Shown in pieces: positions 48,619 through 64,000 of a DNA stretch of 64,000 bases (position 1 is its first letter; the number at the start of each line of letters is the position of its first letter). Origin of the DNA: Octopus sinensis (lineage: Eukaryota); the NCBI RefSeq assembly GCF_006345805.1, contig NC_043021.1, positions 23,436,001-23,500,000 on the forward strand, in the 5' to 3' direction. The notes beneath the pieces are model-generated. The model was not told the origin of the DNA. It searched no databases and was given only the letters and a program-made list of their open reading frames with translations. The position numbers and the translations under genes were made by a program.

Positions 48619-51600
48619 TTACAGATTTATGCTTAAAATAGTGTCGTCTTTCATACTGACCATTTTTGTCACTTTTACCCACTTTTTATTAAAACATTCG
48701 TTCGACAAAGCCTTCCTCTCTATTCTCATCCTCCTTTTCAAGTGGTACTTGAAAAAGTTGACGAGAGACTGACCAGAGAGGAAGGTGTTTATTTGCAGTC
48801 CTTTCAAACGCGTCCACCACACATATTCTTTCGCCATAGCCATCAGCGTAACGAAAACCGTTTTCCCTTCCCGTTTAAAGGAAGGTGGTGGAACAATACT
48901 CACAATAGACTCGGCCGATAGGCGAGCCTGACCTACACGTGACAACAGCTATTTGACGAAGGACCACAGCTCTGAAATATCTGGACACTGCACGAGTGCG
49001 TGCAGAACGGTTTCGTCGCTCTGACCGCATCTCGGGCAGGTCGGTCCGGTGATGGTTTTCGAACCGTGTCTGTAGCTCTTCTCTCGAACAAGTAGTGCGT
49101 CTCGATAGCACTGCCAAGCCAGGGATTTCTGGAAGTTATCCATAGGCCCCGGCCCGAACGTCGTTCTGAACAGGCGGGTTAGGAATTCCTCGTCGACGCC
49201 CAGGTTTGCCCCGAGTGTGTCGTCGGACCTCCCCTCCACTAGTCCTCTATAGAACGCTTTAGTCGTTTGTAAGTTGCACAAGTTTGTCCCCGGTCGGCAG
49301 AGCTGCTGTAGAGCTTGGCGACACTCTCGGTGCCAATCGCCCAGTTTCGGTCTCTTTTTGATCCACGTTTGCAGTTCGGTCAGTGAGACGAGCTGCGGGA
49401 AGTCGCGCCTCACAAACAGCGCCCACACCTGTTCACCGTCGTCGATGAATTTCCAGAGATGTCGCAGTCTCAGCGCATGCCTGCGCATCATCAACCACGG
49501 CATGCCCAGTCCTCCATTCAACGGATGTTGACAGCAAATGGACTTCCTCACCATCGGAAGAGTATGCGTTCCAGTTTGGTGATGGTGGTGTCGGGACAAG
49601 GTACGACGGTCAGGCGGTAATCGATGACGGATGCGATGTACGCGTTCGCCACCTCCGCCCGGCCTTTTAGAGACAGCTTTCTCTCGGCCCATGTTTGGCT
49701 GAGAGCGACCACTCTACTCGTGATCTAGTCCCAGTTCTTATCCATTTGGAGGTCCGGACTGAACCAGACCCGAGCAATTTAACCGGTCCGTCCGTCCAGC
49801 GTCCCACTACTGAGCCGCAGTCGGACGGCATGGGCTTGCTTCTCCAGGTGCCGAGTAGCAAACCCACTGACTTTTCCGGGTTAATCTTTGCTCCCGTCAC
49901 CGTTTCGTATTTTCTTAGTGTCTCGCCTATCATCTTGATGTGTTTGTCGCTCGACACTATGACGGTGACATCGTCCGCATATGCCGACACGCTCGTCCCG
50001 CAACCCAGTTCCCGTGGGATGCCCCTCAGTGTCGCCAGCTTCCGCAGTAGCGGCTCGAGAGTCAATACATACAGAAGCGCCGACAGGGGACACCCCTGAC
50101 GGACCGAACGCGTGATGTCAAACGTTTTCGACAGGTGACCGTTCACCCGAATCACCGATCGGATGCCGCTATACAAGGCAGCGATCCAACCGCGGAAGAC
50201 GGGACCGAAGCCAGCTGCCCTGAGGACGGCCGCCAAGTACCGATGGTCGACCCTATCGAAGGCTTTAGACTGATCCAAATTTATCAGCGCCCCACCCATC
50301 CCAGGATCCTTAACTACCCTGTCCACAATGTAGCGCATCAGATGGAGGTTGTCATGTATGGTTCTGCCCGGCACGGCGCATGTTTGCGCCCTGTCGACCA
50401 GTTTACCAATGACAAGCGCCAACCTCTCGGCTATTACTTTGGCCAAAATTTTAAAATCTGCGTTGAGCAGAGTGATGGGCCTGAAATTATCTATAAAATT
50501 CCCCTTGTTTGAGTCTTTCTTCAGCAACGTCACTGCACCTCGGCTCACGAAACCGGGGATTCTCCCGTTTTGTTGCTAGTTGCAGTAGACTGATGCCAAG
50601 AGGTCGCCAAACAAGTCTGGCATTCGACAATACAGCTCGTAGGGTAAACCATCCAATCCAGGCGACTTATCCCTCGCGCAGCCCGCCATCGCATCCCACA
50701 CGTCAGCGGCTGTGATGGGACTTTCACAACACTCCGCTTCTCTTGCCGAGAGCCGCGGCAGGTCGGTCAGGTAGGCACTGAAATCCATCCCTCGTTCCGA
50801 CCCACCACTCGCACCAAACAGTCGAGCAAAGTGCTGTTGAAAGGCCTCACACATCCTTTCGGGTTCGAGTAAACTGCATCCCTGTTGATCTATTAGAGAC
50901 CGAATGGTTGATCTGTTACCACGCTGCGCCTCCGCTACCCGGGCCTCTCGCGCAGCTTCAATCCCTTCGTTCCTTAAGGCACGCATTTTAGCTCTGACGA
51001 CGCAACCTTCGTGCTTGGCGTTGAGGTGTTGGTCGAGGGCCATCCTCGCAGCCAGCACGTTGGTTGCGCTGCCAGTGGTAAGTGCCTCTTCTAGTTTCTT
51101 AACTAAGTCTCCCTCTACTCTATTTCGTTATATCGCTAATTCCTTGCTAAACCTAATTGATTCCGATTTTATTGCCATTTTCAGGGCGTACCACCAGCGG
51201 TTGTTAACGACCGCTCCCGTCAGCGCCCTCTTAATTAACTCGCTAATCCGGTTCCTGTAAACCTGTCGCGCTAACAGCGACGTGTTCAGTTTCCAGTAAC
51301 CGGGACCCTGCCTATGTGTTTTATCTAAGTCGAGCGTACACGTAACAAATTTGTAATCTGTGTAGCTGACTATTTTAAATTGTGGATATCCTACACTATC
51401 CCTATCCGCTGCCCTGCATAGAATTCTATCTAGATAAGATCTCGACGATCCGACGCGGTTTGTCCAAGTCCACGTTGGCACGTTCGGATGGTCGAGTCGG
51501 AACCTGTCAGACAAATGGAAACGTCTGAGCAGGTCTTTGAGGCTCTTACACCCCCTTCTATTCCTATCCCTTCCCACATAATCTAGATGCGTGTCCAAGG

Positions 51601-52022
51601 TAGCGTTCCAATCCCCTACTAACAGTAAAGGTCTAGACGTACCCAGGAAAACCTCTAGACGTCTGAAGAAATCCGCCCGACCCGTTAAGGACGGTGCATA
51701 AACTGCCATCAGACGGAATGCACACCCATTTCTGCCATCCACGTCCAAGACAACCAGCCTACCCTCCGGGTCTAGGAATATTGCTCTTACTTTTACCTTT
51801 AGACTGTTTCGAAAAAGCACCGCAGTACCTCCACCACCCATGTTCGGCAGACAGGGAGAAAAATAAATGTCAAATTGATTGCCAAACATGGACTCGAGGG
51901 CCCGCGGCTTACTGAGTCTGGTTTCACTGATAGCTACTATATCCACGTCCAGTGACTTGATGTCGTTTAGAAGGTAACCTTGCTTCCAAGCCACGCGCAT
52001 TCACACAACCTAATTTAAGCAT
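48619..52022 (-). pseudogene. Copy D ORF2 (APE-RT-CCHC), disrupted
   Basis: ATG at 52022 (MLKLGCVNARG), then a CTTGG-microhomology deletion; pieces 51128-52000, 50576-51058, 49667-50548, 48949-49692, 48619-48945. Confidence 0.92.
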
Positions 52023-53482
52023 ACTTGACAATTACGAAAATTGTGTTTTACACACTATATTAGAAGAGACAAGAGGCAAGAAGTGAGGTCACTTACTCAT
52101 TTTAAAAGTTTCCTTTTTTTCTTCTTCTTTTGTATCGTTTTTGATGAGGTGTTTGTATAGTTTTTTCGACAGGTATCGTTGATACCCGCCTACCGCATTC
52201 GGAAATATTGTTTTCAGTATGTGGTGTTGTGCTTGTGTTATGTGTAAAATTCTGATGTGTTTCGGTGGTGTGGTGTGCGGATGATTGTTTGTCTTAAAGT
52301 CATCTTCACAGGCGACCATGTTAGATTTGATGTAGTCCATTAATTCTTTATTGTCTGTGTCTATTGCAGTTAGTTGTGTGTGTGGTTTTACGGGTTCATT
52401 ACTTTTTTGATTGTCTAGGGGGATGTTGTCCTGAGTTAGATATCTCCCTGCTTTACTTCCTTGTTTGGTGGAATTTTTGGATCTTTTTCTTTTACCCCCT
52501 GTGGCTATTTGCCATTCCGTCGAACTTTCGTCGTCCGACGTATCAGTATGGGGTAGAGGCAAAACATTTGCATTACTATGTATGCTTGTATAAATTGTTG
52601 ATGTTTTGTGCGATGTTTGTGTTGTTGTGGTGTTAGGGGTAGCATTTGTCTTCTCGTCAGTGTTTTCTGTCTTTTTAATTGTCGTCCTGGGTGTTGGTGT
52701 GGGTCTATTTATTGGTTGTGACGTCAACGGTGATTGTGTTGGTACTGTTTTTCTTGGTGATGTTGTTGGGGTTTGTTTGCTGGTTTGTTGTTTTTCTTGG
52801 CATTGTTCCATAATTGAGTGTGTTGGTGTTGGTGTTGGCAACAAAGGGATTTTATTTGTTCTTTCTTGTTTTTTCTGTACCAGATCGCACTTGGCAATCA
52901 AATGTTCGGGGCTGCTACATTTGTAGCATCTAGGCTTTTTGCCTTCTGCCATAACATATAGGCATTGCCCATTCTCCAAGTGTATCTTGTCGGGTAGGCT
53001 CTCGATAGAGGCCCCCTCAATCTGGATGGTCACTACTACTGTTTTTCCACCCCAATTGTCGTTTAGGTACACGGCTGTTTCTAAAATATTGATCTTTTTC
53101 AAGTGGTAACAGATTGCCCCTGTTATCCATTTGTTCGGCATATCGGGGGGTACATTTCTGATAGTAATTCTACTCACCCTCTGGTTTTTATAATAAGGGA
53201 CCATGATGATTTCATCATTTCCCAGAGACTCAATAGAGTGAGCTTTTGCCACTTCCTGGTTAGGGAAGCGGACCACTACTGTGTTAAACTGTGGACCCCT
53301 GTTTATATACTCTTTTTCTTTCATTATGTTTTTTAAACATTTCTCCACATCAGTTTTTGTAATCTGTTCATTTGGTTATTTGTTTTTTCTAATAATTTTA
53401 TATACAATTGTCTTATTTTCTATTTCTTTTTTTATATGTTGAGGTGTATGCAGCACTAAATCTTGTCCACGGGTTGTAAAGA

Positions 53483-61837
<8,355 letters not shown>

Positions 61838-61839
61838 AC

Positions 61840-63560
61840 CAGTCGTCGTTCGCAGGACAGTTACGGTTTTAGACCTTACAAAAACCCACCACCTCATAAA
61901 ATTAGTTTAATATGACAAATTCAACCATAGATCTGATATCTTCCAACACAAATTACAAACATAACTTGAATCTTTTTGGAAAATCCCCAAACAAATTTAT
62001 AAACGCAGATAAAACAAAAAGTTGTTTATGAGGCAGATAACCATGTACATAACCAAATCATATAAGAACATGAACCTTACAACTTGTAATTTTATCGATG
62101 TCGAAGCAAAAACGCCTAATCGAAGGTATCACCCCACGTAAACATTTTATAACCTTGAAAGACCACAAAGGCAAAACCTTAGCTGTAGATAGACAAATCT
62201 CATGAGAAGCGAATTATTCATTATCAACAAATCTATATTAGAGATCATACGACACATCAGAGCTCCTCAGACCTTTACTCAATGGATATGTTCAGAGAAA
62301 TTGAAGATTACACGAAATGGCTCAAGAAAATTGAATGTTTCAATAAAATCCAAGTCCAAATACAAATTTATCGAGTTCGAGTTGACTCCTCGATCTCCAA
62401 AACCTGCTCCAAAAGCACATTTAACGTCACTAATACTGATATAGCCATAATAATGAATGCAAGGAAGTGATTATTTTTTTAATAATTTCCGTTGTGGAAA
62501 AAATGGGGACCAGTTATTTGAGGTCCCTAAGAGGAGCTATGATGGTGCAGAGGAACCAAATCAGGTTAATTTTTACATTCTAGATGTTCTTTAATAAAAG
62601 AGATTATTAAAGGTCTTGGAGTGGAATATAACAAATACGAGCACTATATGGATAAAATAAGGGAAAATTTATGCAAAATATTTAGCCAACTGAACCTAAA
62701 AACCACAAATAACACTAAATAAGTTGATTTCCTCGACATTAATATGAACAAATTTAAACCCTAGCATAAACCAAATGAGGATACTAACGACACACAGTCA
62801 GTCATCAAGCAATATTATCAGTCGCGAGCTTCCAACCTATCCTCTTATAAAGCTACTTTCAAAAAAGGCTTCCCCATATTATATCGGTGCATTAGAAAGG
62901 TCAAGCTTTAAGAATAAAGTAAGTTATATTGAACCAAATGTAGATAGACCAGCTAGAAAATTCATAAGACAACCACTGACTTCTATCACATAAATACTAT
63001 AAGATCTTCAATAGAAATACGGTCAAAGTTAGCCATAGTTGCTACCTCAGTATAGAGTTGATTATTTCAACCACAACAAAATTAACAACGTTAGAGACAT
63101 AACCTAAAGATCCTTTAATTTCAGATCTCCGAACTGCTGAACAATAGGTACCAGAAAAAAGAAGTAGTGTCCAGCATTTCGTATTTGAACCGAACAACAA
63201 AACTTTTCATTGGTATGACGGGAAATACCTTCATAAGAAGATATAAGCAACATTTGGATTCGTTCAGAGGTAAAAACAAAAGACATTTTTATCCAATATG
63301 GTATAGACACTTAAAGAGAGAGACGTGAGAGTTTCCATATAAACTGAAGCATTAAAGCTAAGGCCAGCAAATACAAGGGACAGAGCAGCAGAGGTGACCT
63401 CTGCATTACTGAAAATCCAAATCTCCTAACATCATCAGTGAATGTTTTAATTATTAGGGAGAAAAAATTCTCCCCTCACACGTACAAGCAACAATTTATA
63501 CTTCGAAATTTAAAGCATGGCTCCCAACCACTTTGCCATCCTTCCAACCTGAATAAGTTT
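61840..63560 (+). mobile_element. Penelope-like element relic (RT + GIY-YIG)
   Basis: FEVP.RSYDGAE, KIFSQLNL..VDFLDI, KP.HKPN, FIGMTGNTF.RRY..H..SF, SKY....DLCITEK; many stops. Confidence 0.75.
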
Positions 63561-63677
63561 TTATCTAGCTGTTATAACCCCATGTAACAATGGACCAAGT
63601 TTGGCGTCGAAATATGTGAAACCCCAATTATATGCATATATCCAAATACGAACAAAACACATAATGCATGTGTGTTT

Positions 63678-63765
<88 letters not shown>

Positions 63766-64000
63766 ATATATATATATGTATATACATATATATGGAATGG
63801 AATAATTACTATGAAGCATTGCGTAGAATATATTGTATAAAGGATCGTGGGTAAGGCCAAAACAATGCAAAGTAAAAGCAAGATAAATCACAAGAAAACA
63901 AATATGTGAATTAATGTACACTTACCTTGGGTAGAGTTTACGAACAGAACAAAAGTCGAAGACAGGTGGTGTACAAAACAAACAAATGTATTAGTATAAC

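Overview
Eukaryotic, AT-rich, microsatellite-dense DNA. Its SINE/Penelope/mariner content looks like coleoid cephalopod (Octopus-like); this is inference, not a database result. No prokaryotic features, rRNA, tRNA genes or CRISPR are evident. (1) Five L1/Tx1-clade non-LTR retrotransposons (A-E: ORF1 with CCHC knuckle; ORF2 APE-RT-CCHC), all on the minus strand. They form two head-to-tail arrays (1-9969 and 48311-59458), and every visible end abuts a (GATA)n/(TATC)n tract. A paralogous empty tract at 35418-35598 argues for a (TATC)n-targeting family. (2) A four-exon stanniocalcin-like gene on the minus strand (34558 to 13164, about 200 aa) that the ORF track misses entirely. A truncated paralogous exon 1 lies at 47117-47188, and the second retrotransposon array sits about 1 kb upstream of it. 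(3) Two layers of segmental duplication. (4) A tRNA-derived SINE whose 3' tail matches the Tx1 3' end, several minimal hammerhead-like motifs in Penelope-type repeats, and relics of mariner/Tc1, Helitron, Penelope and R4/Dong-like elements. Identity figures are hand counts on short stretches, and element boundaries are approximate.
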